Shown: positions 26,404 to 38,950 of the stretch, piece after piece
Layout of the letters: every line of letters starts with the position of its first letter
How positions within the stretch are numbered: the first letter of the stretch is position 1
Assembly: GCA_032718475.1 (NCBI GenBank)
Contig: JAUCBJ010003225.1
Coordinates: forward strand, 32,801 to 96,800
Source: Nemertoderma westbladi
Lineage: Eukaryota; Animalia; Xenacoelomorpha
Direction: 5' to 3'
Length of the DNA stretch: 64,000 nt
The notes under the pieces: generated by a model
What the model saw: the letters and a program-made list of their open reading frames with translations, nothing else
The model's database searches: none
What the model was told of the DNA's origin: nothing
Translations under genes and position numbers: made by a program

Positions 26404-27570
26404 TGTTCGCGCTTTTAAGACCTTTTGGCAGTTTAACCCGCCAAATCTATATTTCTTCTAGGTTATAAATCTACTTTAGCATAGGACAAGTATTGAACAC
26501 CTATAATAATTCTAACATTAGCCGAAGCCAGTCTGTGCGCGACCATTCACCCGCTGGATATACCCGGGAGACTGGATTCGGATGCTTTAATTTGATTGCG
26601 GTGCAGGCCTACCGTACTATTCGATTGATCGTTAATATATAATCTCTGACAAATATTATTCACTTTCGGGAAATATTAGCAGTTCCTTTAGGACGTGGCG
26701 CTCTATCTATTTAAACAGAGCTATGACTTACACTATACACAACGGTATGTCTTATAGATCACCAAAGTGCATTCTTTAGGAAATGCTTTGTTACTCGGTC
26801 AAACACACACAGACTATTGCACACAACTGCACATTGAATTGCCGATATTCACTGATTTTAATCATATATAAAGAAAATAACAACCGACATTTGTAGGGCC
26901 TATTAAGTAGCATTGAACTCATTACAAACCACGATAATGTATGTCGCAAATTGTTATATGTAACCGGTCTCTCTAACCTTAGTGTATCAAGAAGATTGGG
27001 GTTTCTGATCGTTTATCAATATTCTCCAATTAATAATATGCAAACGAATGATACAATTAACAACACAGTAAATAGCAGTAAATAATGCAAGTGTACTTAA
27101 CCAAGATAACAGTTTGATGATCTTATAATTAAAGACGCTCTAATGTTAGAAAACATTCCACGGCCGGTGTTCTTAGGCGTGGGGGAAACGTCAGTACTGA
27201 ATCATGGGATTCTGCTGTACAGCTTTTACACAAAGGGAAAATCTCTGATTGGTCGAACTGACGTGGACACAGCTGATAGATGTCGTCATTTGAGCTGAGC
27301 AGAACAAAGAACCAAGGCTCCGTGCAGAGGCTCCATGTGTACAGCTCAGCTATTAGCTGTCGTCATAGTAACTGCACTGTTTCAAGAGTATTTCGGCTTT
27401 TGCGTCATAGAATTGCGGATTATGTCCGCTAAAGTACACATACAGAAGAAATTACTTTTATGTCCTCTAAAACACCAGTACAGTAAGGACACGGCCTTTT
27501 ATGCCTGGTAAACCAACTACAGAGTACTTTACGGGGAAAATAACCGGCTAATTACGCAAAAGCCTTTACA
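26404..27570 (-). repeat. 3' LTR (1167 bp)
   Basis: TGTTCGCGC...GCCTTTACA, direct repeat of 36653-37814 and 59159-60359. Confidence 0.92.
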
Positions 27571-27580
27571 CCGCTCCCAG
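27571..27580 (-). other. Polypurine tract
   Basis: Minus strand CTGGGAGCGG abutting the TG of the 3' LTR; identical at 60360-60369. Confidence 0.75.
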
Positions 27581-27648
27581 AAAATGGGATTTAAGTCTAT
27601 AAAATATAACAAATCACAGTTTCTAAAATATAAAAATACTCTAAACAG

Positions 27649-29165
27649 TTAGTCTTTCTTACGCGGACGGCGTTTACGCAGCTTTTTGAGGCTAGCAAGA
27701 GTCCTTTTCTCTTTGGGGCGAGCCACTTTACTAGGAGGGCTGTAACTCCTGGGTGAAGGGTGCAATATGATTGCATCAGAAGGTGTAGGATTATGGTCGG
27801 GGTATCCGCCGTTTCGATATGCTTCTCCTCGAGCTGATTTTCCTCCGCTCGTAGCTGGATACGTTCATCCAAAAACTCTCGCAGAGAATAGGATCGTCCA
27901 AGTTCGATAACTTCTTAGAGATTCTGGATTTCCCGATCGAACTGAGATATAGTTACTTTGTTTACCGCTTGGACTTGCTAGTGCAATTTACATTTATCTG
28001 AACAAGCGTAAGTTCTTTTTCTGATCTTTGTAGAATAGCGTCTAACTCATTTGGTACAACGCTCTCCGCCACTTTGGTGACAGGTTATATCGTGTTAAGC
28101 CGGGACGATGGTAAGGGTTAAACGGCGATATTAAATGTCCGCATCCCAATCCGGCTAGGTAGGATGGGCTAATATCTAGGAAGCCTACAACCGGGTGCCA
28201 CCGACTAATTGTTCAGGTAACACTAGATCATTGAGCAGTGAGTACAGCTCGGGAGGATCCGTCATACTAATAGGATCAAGAGTCTGAGGTCTCACTAGGG
28301 AATGAGGAGGTCTGATCGAGTATTCCGAAACTCTGATCATTGGTTTATTTAAGGATCATCTGAGTCGAACGAGCGTAGGTGATACATCGAACAAGTTTCG
28401 CTCGAAACTCCCGTAAATATAGCGAGTAAAACCGTGTTTAAAGCAACGTCTCCGCGGATGTTTATGTCTTTTCGTTTGTTGGTTGGATCTTGGGCATTCA
28501 TTGCAATAATACCAAAGACGCACGTCTTGTAGGGGAAACGCGGGTGATCGTTCTCCAGTTTTACAATATTCCTCCATCTGATCGAAGCTATCCGGTACAA
28601 CAGGTAGCGGTTGATCGGCGGTAAGATACATCATAGTGGAATAGAGCCGTTTGAGTTCTACCATGCGGTCATGAGGTATACCTTGAGGATATCGAGTTTC
28701 TAGATTCTGTTGACTGGTAATATCGAGATAGGTTTCTCTCAAGAATTCCAGGTATTTGGTGAAGTCGCTGCGTTTATCCGGCTCTTCAACATCTGCACTT
28801 TCGAGTCGGTTTCGAATATAATTTTCGTGTTCGAGTTTCAGTTTATCGTTCCGCTTCCGCTGGGTAGGATATTTAAATAAAACCATTTCCCTTTTGGTGT
28901 CTATATCGTCCGTATCATGTAGGTCGATAGGATGACCAGTAGTTAAGAAGTCCATATACATACCATTACGATGCGTATAGCGAGCGGTAAATTTTCTACA
29001 GTCCAACCCACGCGCAAGTTGCTCCCGGGAGATTGGCGGTTAGATATAATGACCATCGTCCTCCGTAGTAGTTGGACCAGGTAACATCAAGCTATCAACA
29101 AACGCTTGTAAAGGTAGAGTATATCGCTCCCTGATACCAAGATCATCATCTATCAACTCAATCAT
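27649..29165 (-). pseudogene. Decayed accessory ORF (~500 codons) at the env position, unknown function
   Basis: ATG at 29165 (MIELIDDDLG...) reads through one TAA into ORF 29006-28356 and past its TGA (SLNKPMIRVSEYS...). After further stops and frameshifts it ends in NPTPSDAIILHPSPRSYSPPSKVARPKEKRTLASLKKLRKRRPRKKD*. Confidence 0.7.
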
Positions 29166-30801
29166 ATCTGCTATATAAGTTTATCCATATTATAATGAGT
29201 TTATATTTAGGCGAGTGGGCGTCGCTGCCTACCCCTCTCTGCCCCCGGACAGTGCGAGATCCTCAGCGCTGGTGTACTTTCGTCGATGTGCCTATCGCCA
29301 ACGTCGTAGCTGCACAACGACTACAACAACCAGCACAAGTCACTCCACCGTCCGTCCCAAAGGCTTAGATATACTTCAGGTTCTTACTGGAGAGTTAGGG
29401 CTACTTTCACAATTGCGACTCGCTACTGTAAACACACCTTAGTAGTAACATTCACCTACAAACGCACAAATTCCACGTAACAGTCACAAATGGTACACAT
29501 TCTATCACACATTCGGGTCATTTGTCCGTTAGTCAAGTGCCTTCCAGAATGTCACGTTGTTATTATGTATTCTTGGATACTAGCGGTGTGCTATTTATTC
29601 CGTATGCTATTCAATGAGCAAGCTTTTTATTATTCTGTTAACTCGCTTCTAATTCTAGCGTGGTTGTTGCTATGGTGACATTATGGAAAGCTAGCGGTAG
29701 AATTAGGGTAATTCCCATGCATACAGATCTGGGATGCTATTTAATAGTAAGTCTTTAATGGTCAATATCATCTTTATACATGATTGTATGAATTTTATCG
29801 GCTATTGACTCTATATTGGAGATTCTCGCACACTAATACACTTAAGAGGTGAATCTCCGCTCCCATGATCTATTAATTAATGGAATTTTGGGAATATTAT
29901 AAATTGTATAAAATAACAATTTATCAAATTCATTAAAAAATGAATTTAAATTTATTCCCGTAATTTTATTATTTAATATTAAATAAACACAATTTTATTC
30001 CAGAACAAGTCTGGGGACTGGGATCCTTGATTCTAGGGATTTGTCCTTTTAAGAGTATCGGTAAGTGCTACGATATCTTAATCGACTAGAATTTTAAAGG
30101 ATCTAAAATTTAAGATTTTGTAAATATTAATAATTAATATTTAGGATGGGCACCAGTTTATTCCAGAACTTGTCTGGGGACGTTAACCACTGATTCTAGA
30201 ATTTGTCTTTCAAGTATATTGGTGGGTGCCGCGATATCTTAATCGACAAGAATTGCAGATGGTCAAAGGGTTTAACAGATTTATTTTGCGTTATACGCTA
30301 CTGTTAAAAGGACATCACGCTACTATATGTATTATTTAATATACGGTATGAGAGCAATATCGCACGAAGCAATGTCAGTGAGAAGAGGCAAGTCGTTTCC
30401 AAGGTCTACCCAGAGCTTGGTTTAGCCGAGACACGAGGATCTGAACTTTGCATTCCTAATACTCTACTTTACCAATAATACTTGAATATAGTAGTGGCTT
30501 TATTGTACTTTAATAAGTACGGATATTTCATCTTACTGTAGTCACGTATTTATAATATGATACGGACAGTAAGGAAAAGAAAAAGAATTATTTCTCGCCG
30601 TCGCACTAAATATAATATATAAGTAATTAAGTAATAAACACTAATATATTGCACTAATCTACTAAATAATCACTAAATAACATTCTACTAAATAAAATTA
30701 AAGAAAACGATTATAATAAAATTACATAATAATACATACATAATATAAAATAATAAAAATAAATATAAAATAATGTAGTCACACACCCACTCCGTATGTT
30801 G

Positions 30802-33800
30802 TTACGTTATGGAGTCCCTAGATATTTGTTGGATTAGGGAGGTGGTCGTGGGAAGAGTATCTTGCCTTCCATAGTTTCCGGACAGTTTTCGGTCTCTTTC
30901 CAGTAAACATAAACGACCAGCTGGGCGATTGAGTGGTTGTGTTACTTTCTCCGCTCCCTTGGCCTGTCTAATCTTCACCGGGGTAAGATGAGGAGGCCAT
31001 TCATCTTCTTTACTTAGGAAGTCGTCCTCATCCCAGTTATAAGGTTCCACTTGGCTGGTCGCGAAGTTCTTTATCGCTACCATTTTTACTGACCTTATGC
31101 TGTGTTCTCCTAGTTCATCCTGGGGGGTGGACAACGCGCCTACATAATAATCCGCTATTACGGTAGATTTCCAAACCTGCATAATTCCTGACATGTTTAG
31201 CTTAGTTCGGAACTTGGGTTGTCCAGCAAAGATGTCTTCGGCTAGTTCTTTGTCGATGAATGTTCCTGTACTACCGAGTCAAGGAGGGTGTTCACTACAT
31301 AATTCCTTTTAGGTCCGTGGACCCTTACCTGGACTACAGGAAATTCTCGGATTCCTACATTGGAAGGTGGCGCTTTCCAAGATGGTTGTCTGTCAGAAGT
31401 AGTTAGGGGGAGCTCGCTGTCGGTGTCCTTTTCATACGTAAGTGCTCGATACACTGCGGTATTTGTCAGGTAACAGGATTCGTTTTCGTCGGAGAATTCG
31501 TCCGTATAGAATCCTTCCATCTCGGAATATTGGTCAGTGTCGTTCACATCACTGAATTGGACATGTAGTTCGGACTCACTTACCTGACTCGGGCTGTTTC
31601 GTTCGAATTCCGTGTGCAACAAGATATGATGTTTTGCGCCGCACTTTGCACACCTTGCGTCGGAGTAACAGGTTCGCCGTTGGTGTCCTCGTCTGAGGCA
31701 ATTATAACACAACCGCTTATCCCACATGACTTCACGTCTATCCTTTAGTGATTTCCTCAGGAATTCATCACACGCATTTAAACGGTGGGGCCCGTCGCAC
31801 AGCACACATTTGGGCTTGATGTTACTTACTTTAACATGTGCTGTGTGGTGCACGCTCGTTCTTTCCTCGGGCTTTCTCACCTGAATTCTCTTAGGAGACG
31901 TAGGAGGAGTTTTTCTTACCTGTTCTCTCCTGTCATTGGTTCGAGACTTGAATTTACTTATGTCCTTAGTTGCTTTGTTGTCATAGTAAGATCTTTCAGT
32001 GTCTTTCCCGCTGTCTTCCTCTTGAGAAGCCTGGCCTTCGCCGTCGTCGGTATAACACACTGGTATTACCCTTCTCCTAGAAACGGGTTTCTCACTTACC
32101 TTGTTTTCCGGTGTCTTCTCTCTGGACTGCCTTAGGAGCTGTAATTTCACTTCTCCATCTAAGAATGACATGAGATCAGCCATGGTAGGGTCTCGTCGTT
32201 GTTGTTCCATCATATATAACACTTTCTTATCCCAGCGTGTACCTACTCCACCCTTCGGTAAAGTAGAAGCCACGGCTCCAATAACCATAGAACTCTGATA
32301 TTCATGAGACTTACCTAACCAATCCAATTGTCTACAGATCTCCTGAATCTCATCGGAAAACTCTATTATCCCGCTGCTAATGAACTTTCGGGGCGCTACT
32401 AATTTTGCGTACAAATACTTAGCTATGTTATTCCTATTACCATACCTGATGTTTAGTGTATCCCAAACTTGTCTTAATCCGTCTGGATGTCCAATAAACT
32501 TTAACGCCATTAACTTGGGAGGTCCTTCCTTCGATGAGGAATCTAAGTTTCTCTCCATTAGATAATACAGAGTTCTGTATGTTATCTTTATAATATTCAT
32601 TAAAAGGTAACCATTTCATCTCATCTTCATTGAACTTGACTATCTCTCCCACCTTTACCGCTTGCCGGGCTTCGGTTCTAGCCATTTGACGCGTAAAACT
32701 TTCTTGGGCCATCGTGTTATTTAATATCGAATTATCGGTATATAAATTTCTCGGATTATGATCGGGTCTATAGGGAATATCATTATCAACAGGTCTATAA
32801 TTACCCTTAATAGGGTTCACTATAGGAGTTTCTACTTCGCTAGCAGTATATATGCGTGTAGGCTCCACACCTTGCGCATGAGATACTTCAGACCTAACAG
32901 GATGACACATGGTTACCGGGGGTGGTGGTATACCCTTTTGAGAATTTACTAATTTATCGCGTTCTAACGCGATACTTTGCTGCACTTCTTGCAACTCTAA
33001 CCTACTTTCCCTTACTGTGCCCTTGAATTGCTGAACGGTCTCCTGCATCTGCCCGAGCAGGAGATCCATCCCCCGCCGTCTCTCATCCACCCATTCGACC
33101 GCCGAAGCGGGAGTCGCCAATGTTGTAGCGGGCGGACGAGGGACAACGGGCGACAAATCATGAATATTTCGCTCGGAGTCCAGGGCATGAACTGTCTCAT
33201 GGGCTGTTCTGCAGGGCACAGGTAGCTTGGTGCTGTGCAAAGGGAATTTAGAGGTAGGTTCAGGGAGTACAGGTGTCTCTACCACTGAAAGGGTGGCTTC
33301 GGGAACAGGCCTAATTATTTCAGGCTCATCTACTATAGTAGGGAGTCTTTCTATTGTAATTATTTGGTCTGTGGGTTCTGTACTACCTAAGTTGGTGTTA
33401 TTTAGTTGCCTTCTAACAGCTGGAGGCAAATCAGGCAATTTCTGACGGTGGGATGTTCTTTTACGTCTGCTTAGGTGAGATCTATTTCCTTTGCCTTCAG
33501 TATCGGTGGTATCGCCTTCCTCAGATGATGTATATCCCTGTCTTTTGGGAGTAGATCGATTCATCGTCTGCATATTACTAGCTGTTAACTGTTTATTTAT
33601 GCAGTCTTGATTCTCCTGAATATTTTCCAATTCTAATTGGGCGATCTCTTCAGCCGCTCTCCATTCTGCTTCTGCCGCTGCCATTGCCGCTTTTTTTTCC
33701 ATTTCGGCTGCTTTTCTTTTCGCTTCTGCCTCTGCCGCTGCCGCTTTTCTTTCCATTTCGGCTGCTTTACTTTCCTCTTCGGCTGCTTTCCTTTCCGCTT

Positions 33801-34492
33801 CTGCAGCTGCTACTGCTGCTTTCTTTCTGTCTTCTATACGTTTTTTCTTTACTTGTTCTTCTTGGACTCTTGTGATGCGGAGTTGTTCATCAAATTTAGC
33901 TTGGTTCGCAGCTAACATTTCCGCATCGATTGCGTCCAGCACAAGCTTGGTTCCTTCACTATTAGGGCTAAGCCCCTCCAGCCTTCTCCTCAACTCTTCA
34001 TCTCCTACAAAGCGTTGATAGTCTGACAGATAGATGTCAATAGCATCCCTCTTATGCGGTTTCTCTGCTGTCACTTCGCTTTCTTCTTGAGAAAAAGTGG
34101 CGTCGGTTGATTCGTCATAGGTTGGCCGCTCATCATAAACCTTATCCGCCATCTTCGCTCCGCGTTCGGGCGTCCGCTCATCAGTATCCGAACTACTGGA
34201 GCTATCGGGCCGCTGAAAACTAGGTTCTTGGCTAGCTTGGTTTGACAGCTGCTTCTTGATCCCGCTTGACTTGGGCCCGAGTGCCGATGATAGACCTATG
34301 GTGTTCTACTAGCCTAGGGTCTGACACTACTTCTGTAGGGATGGCCTTTCTTACAGCAGGAGGTGACTTAGACTTGGATCTAGGATGTTCTATACTTGGA
34401 TCTGGGTCACTGATCTTTTTAAGACACTGTCTAACAGTCATTCTTACACTATCTAGGAGACTATCCGACAGTGATTGGGTTGTGTCAGACAT
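30802..34492 (-). pseudogene. gag: BEL/Pao Gag-aspartyl protease, frameshifted (ORFs 34492-34232, 34152-32437, 32600-31242, 31194-30802)
   Basis: Coiled-coil N-terminus; DUF1759-like KFNEDEMKWLPF...LSNGEKLRFL / WDTLNIRYG; triple knuckle CVLCDGPHRLNAC, CYNCLRRGHQRRTC, CAKCGAKHHILLH; protease PVVQVRV...TLLDS(GSTGTFI after a frameshift). Confidence 0.9.
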
Positions 34493-35789
34493 GTTTGTTT
34501 ACACAGTTGAATGCCTACGGCTATAAATACAGTTAAAGCAAGTCTAGTAATTCAGTATCACTGTTAGCCTAATAATTAATTACCGATACTGCTACTCAGT
34601 GGAGCGTGATATATACTGTATATAATATATTAGAATACCGGTATGCTTATAGTATATATAAGTATTATTACAGACTAGGTTTGTCACAGAATGCCGGTAG
34701 GTACTTTCAGCACAAATATATAAAAATATATAATAGGCCTATCGTGAATACCGGTATGCAATTTACACTTATAGTGTATATATATAAGTATAATTACAGA
34801 CTAGAATTAATTACAGAATACCGGTATAATTTCAGCCTAAAATTTATAGAAATAAATATAATAAGCCTATTGTAAATACCGGTATGTCAATTATTTTAGA
34901 ATTGAATTGAATTTCTGAATTTTAGGGGTTACTTGGTTACTTTAACTTACTTTATTACCGTTATTTAAGCAGTAGTCCAACTGATATTGAGACCTAATTG
35001 TTGTATGACAGGCCTACTATTTATAAATCGTTTGAGTTGATTTATAATATATATATACCCGTTTAATGGGTTTTGTCAATATTTGAAATAAATGTTATTA
35101 TTTCTGGGAAGGAGTCACTACACCGAAGCTGTACGCTCTCAGTGAAGTGCTACTTATTGAAACACTAAAACAAATAATCCTACTTTACCTAAGTTACTTA
35201 ATACTACAAATTACGTACAATTCGGGTTGAGATTACAATCTCTAAATAAACACAAAAAAAATTATAAATACACAAATACGAATTTTTTAGGGTAATTTTA
35301 CGAGGAATTTACTAACCAGCCTAACAAAGGGTTAGAATATCTGGTTATTACAACGGACAGGTTACTACGGTATTTGAAAATAATAAGTAGTAGTAAATAT
35401 ACTGCGCTGTCCAGATAGGAAAAATACCACCGTCTGACGACCTATAACCGTATCGCTATAGGTACTACGTTATGTATCACGGAGTGTTCCTACCTGGAAG
35501 TTAATTACTGCGGTCTACCAGAACCAACGTGCCTATTAACCACTTTACAACACAAATATACTGCCTACACACTAATCACCTTCGGAAAGTACTGTACACT
35601 AAACCCTAAATTAGGTACAAGTACTTGTACAACAAATAATTAGTAGTTAAAAATCTCCAGTCTTTACCTACGCCGAGCAGCCCTGATGTAGTACCGGGGT
35701 TAGTTTAACTATAACGGTATGTATAACAAGCACAATTACTGTAGGAATAAACTTGGGGAATGAATGTTGCGAATAATAGCATAAACTCT

Positions 35790-36372
35790 GAATAATAAAT
35801 ATTACGCTACGCGTACAAACTACTCAAACAAAATGCAGACTAAATACTGACAGACTACTATCAAGCCTAAACAAACCACGGTATGTGCAGACTCCGAAAT
35901 GGTTAGTTAGTATGCGTTCTAACCTAGTAGTACAACTTATTCTTTCACAGGGGGTTTACCTCACAGCACTGGAAGCCCCTACGTTCCCAACTGGCACTTT
36001 ATCGGACATACACTCCACACACACCGAAATTTCTTCAGACCTAGCAACAGCCAGACAACTATCCAGCCTACAAATTATCTAAATAAGAATTATACGCTAC
36101 CTGTACAGACTACACAAGCAAAGTACAGACCAAACGATGGCAGACTACTATCAAGCCTAAATAAACTACAGTATATGCAGACTCCGAAATGATTAGTTAG
36201 TATGCGTTCTAACCTAGTAGTACGACTTATTCTTTCACAGGTGGTTTACCTCACAGCGTTTGAAGCCCCTACGTTCCTAACTAGCACTTTATCGGACAGA
36301 TGCTCTACACACACTGCAATCCGTTCAGACTTAACAACAGTTAGACAACAGTCAAGCCTACAAATTATCTGT
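35790..36372. repeat. ~300-bp tandem duplication in the 5' UTR of the LTR element
   Basis: 35790-36080 and 36085-36372 share GACTACTATCAAGCCTAAA...GCAGACTCCGAAATG...CAAATTATCT. Confidence 0.9.
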
Positions 36373-36633
36373 ACAATCGGAGCAGGCTTACACGCCTTCT
36401 GCTCAATATTAACCTACAAGTAAATAAAACTGACAGAAATAAGTAAAATCTCAATAAAAAACCAGGGCTGCAGTCCCTGATTAATTATTAAGGCCTACCG
36501 GTATATAACTATCAAAATCGAATAATACTGCTGTACCTGTACTGCTGTAGGTACCGGTCCGGGTGATCAGGCAGTTAGGCCTACAGATTACCGGTCGACC
36601 GGTACTTTCGACTAGATTGCTTACACCGCAATC

Positions 36634-36652
36634 TAGAAGCTATATCCGTTAT
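36634..36652 (-). promoter_or_regulatory. Non-tRNA primer-binding-site position, complementary to the element's own LTR
   Basis: Element sense CA|ATAACGGATATAGCTTCTA with no TGG; inverted partner at 37370-37388. Confidence 0.65.
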
Positions 36653-37814
36653 TGTTTGAGCTTTTAAGACCTTTGGCAGTTTAACCTGCCAAATTAGGAT
36701 GTCTTCTAGATAATAGATAGTATTTAGCCTACGACAAATATTTGATACACTACATTAGCCGAAGCCAGTCTATGCGCGATCATTCACCCGCTGGATATAC
36801 CCGGGAGACTGGATTCGGAAGCTTAACTTGATTGGAGGTGTAAGCCTACTGTATTATTCGACTGATCGTAATATATAATCTCTGACAAATATTATTTACT
36901 TTCGGGAAATATTAACAGTTCCTTTAGGACGTGGCGCTCTAAATATATAAACAGAGTTATGACTTAAACCAGACGCAACGGGATGGCTATAGATTCACGT
37001 ATATGGCGCATTCTTTAGGAGATGCTTCGTTATCAATCACAATCATACACAATGCTGCACAATGCTGCACACCAATCTGCCGACCTTCACTAATTTTAGT
37101 CAGATACAAAGAGAATAACAGACAATACATGTAGGGCCTATAAAATAGCATTAGATTCACTTCAAACCACTTAATGTAAGTCGCAATCGTTATATGTATC
37201 CGGTCTCTCTAACCTTTAGTATATCAAGAAGATTGGGGTGTCTGATTGTTTATCAGTATTCCGAATATAATGTTCCATCAACAAATATAATGAATAACCG
37301 ACAGCAAAAGCAGTAATGTTAAGGTATGAATGATTATGTTATGGATAGTTAATATGATTAGTGAGTGAGATAACGGATATACGTTCTATAATTAAGCCTA
37401 CTAATGTTGATGCTAAAGACTGAAACACGGAGGTTCCACGCCGGTGTTGTAGGCTGTGGAAAAATCACATACTGACTCACTTCCCTAGTTTCTATATACC
37501 ATCTCCAACACAGAGGCAAAAAACGCTCTGATTGGTCGACCGAACAACGAGAGAACAAAGAACAAAGAAATGTTCGACATGGCAATATCAGCTGTTAGCC
37601 GTCGTCATGGTAGCCACACTGTTTTCAAGAGTATCCGGCTTATTGCGTCACAAAATTGCGGATTATGTCCGCTAAAGTACACATACAGAAGAAATTACTC
37701 TTTTGTCCTCTAAAACACCAGTACAGTAAGGACACGGCCTTTTTATGCCCAGTAAACCAACTACAGAGTACTTTACGGGGAAAATAACCGGCTAGTTACG
37801 CAAAAGCCTTTACA
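36653..37814 (-). repeat. 5' LTR (1162 bp)
   Basis: TGTTTGAGC...GCCTTTACA. Minus-strand TATATA (37498-37493) lies ~25 nt upstream of a TCAGT initiator-like motif (37475-37471); CCAAT near 37531-37535. Confidence 0.92.
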
Positions 37815-38244
37815 ACTTTTGCCTCAGTTGTGGTATCATGTTGCAGAATCTTTCATATCTTGAGTATCGCCTGATTTACATAGTGATAATAATCGACATA
37901 TTGTACAGTACGTATGGCGAGAAATTAAACTATATTGCATCACCATGAAGGGGTATGAATGGGTAAGGACCATGAAATGCCATGGCGAGACCAGCCGATT
38001 CTTCTTCCAGAGATGAGTTGCTTCAAAGGCTTGAAATTCAATATAACATTATCTCATTATACCCTACTCCTTGCGCAGGACAACCAGTGGCTGACTGTAC
38101 AAGTGATTATAAGGACGACCTGCCTTGCCACTTGGTGATGGTCTCCGTTGGTTGTTGTACCGGTCGTTTTCTCGTAACACATTTCTACTTCCAGCCAACC
38201 TTGCTCTGGTCGTTGCCCAGTCGCGTGTAGAATATGGCGCAAAA

Positions 38245-38950
38245 ATACGCGATTAATATTTAGCGAAACAATTAATTTTTGCGCGAAACAATTTATTTTT
38301 GCGCGAAACAATTAATTTTTGCGCGAAACAATTAATTTTTGCGCGAAACAATTAATTTTTGCGCGAAACAATTAATTTTTGCGCGAAACGATTAATTTTT
38401 GCGCGTAACAATTAATTTTTGCGCGAAACGATTAATTTTTGCGCGTAACAATTAATTTTTACGCGAAACAATTAGTTTTCGCGTGTAACAATTAATTTTT
38501 ACGCGAAACAATTAATTTTTACGCGAAACAATAAATTTTTGCGCGAAACAATTAATTTTTGCGCGAAACAATTAATTTTTGCGCCTTAATAATTAATTTT
38601 TGCGCGTAATAATTAATTTTTGCGCGTAACAATTAATTTTTACGCGAAATAATTAATTTTTACGAGAAACAATTAATTTTTACACGAAACAATTAATTTT
38701 TGCGCGAAACGATTAATTTTTGCGCGTAACAATTAATTTTTACGCGAAACAATTAATTTTTGCGTGTAACAATTAATTTTTACGCGAAACAATTAATTTT
38801 TGCGCGAAACAATTAATTTTTGCGCGAAACAATTCGTTTTTGCGCGTAACAATTAATTTTTACGCGAAATAATTAATTTTTACGCGAAACAATTAATTTT
38901 TGCGCGAAACATTAAATTTTTGCGCGAAACAATTAATTTTTGCGCGTAAT
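38245..38950 (-). repeat. 20-bp tandem array in right TIR (~35 copies)
   Basis: Unit GCGCGAAACAATTAATTTTT, reverse complement of the 25190-25632 unit. Confidence 0.95.

Larger units (their letters stand above)
26404..37814 (-). mobile_element. BEL/Pao LTR retrotransposon, non-autonomous (gag-protease plus accessory ORF, no RT/RH/IN)
   Basis: TG...CA LTRs at 26404-27570 and 36653-37814; 5-bp TSD ACTTT (26399-26403 / 37815-37819); BEL-type Gag on the minus strand. Confidence 0.92.

Noticed and set aside
31785-33915. Several plus-strand ORFs of 60-116 aa
   Set aside because: Antisense shadows of gag with low-complexity translations.
34150-34190. CTGATGAG...GAA on the minus strand as a hammerhead
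   Set aside because: No supporting stems; lies within the gag reading frame.
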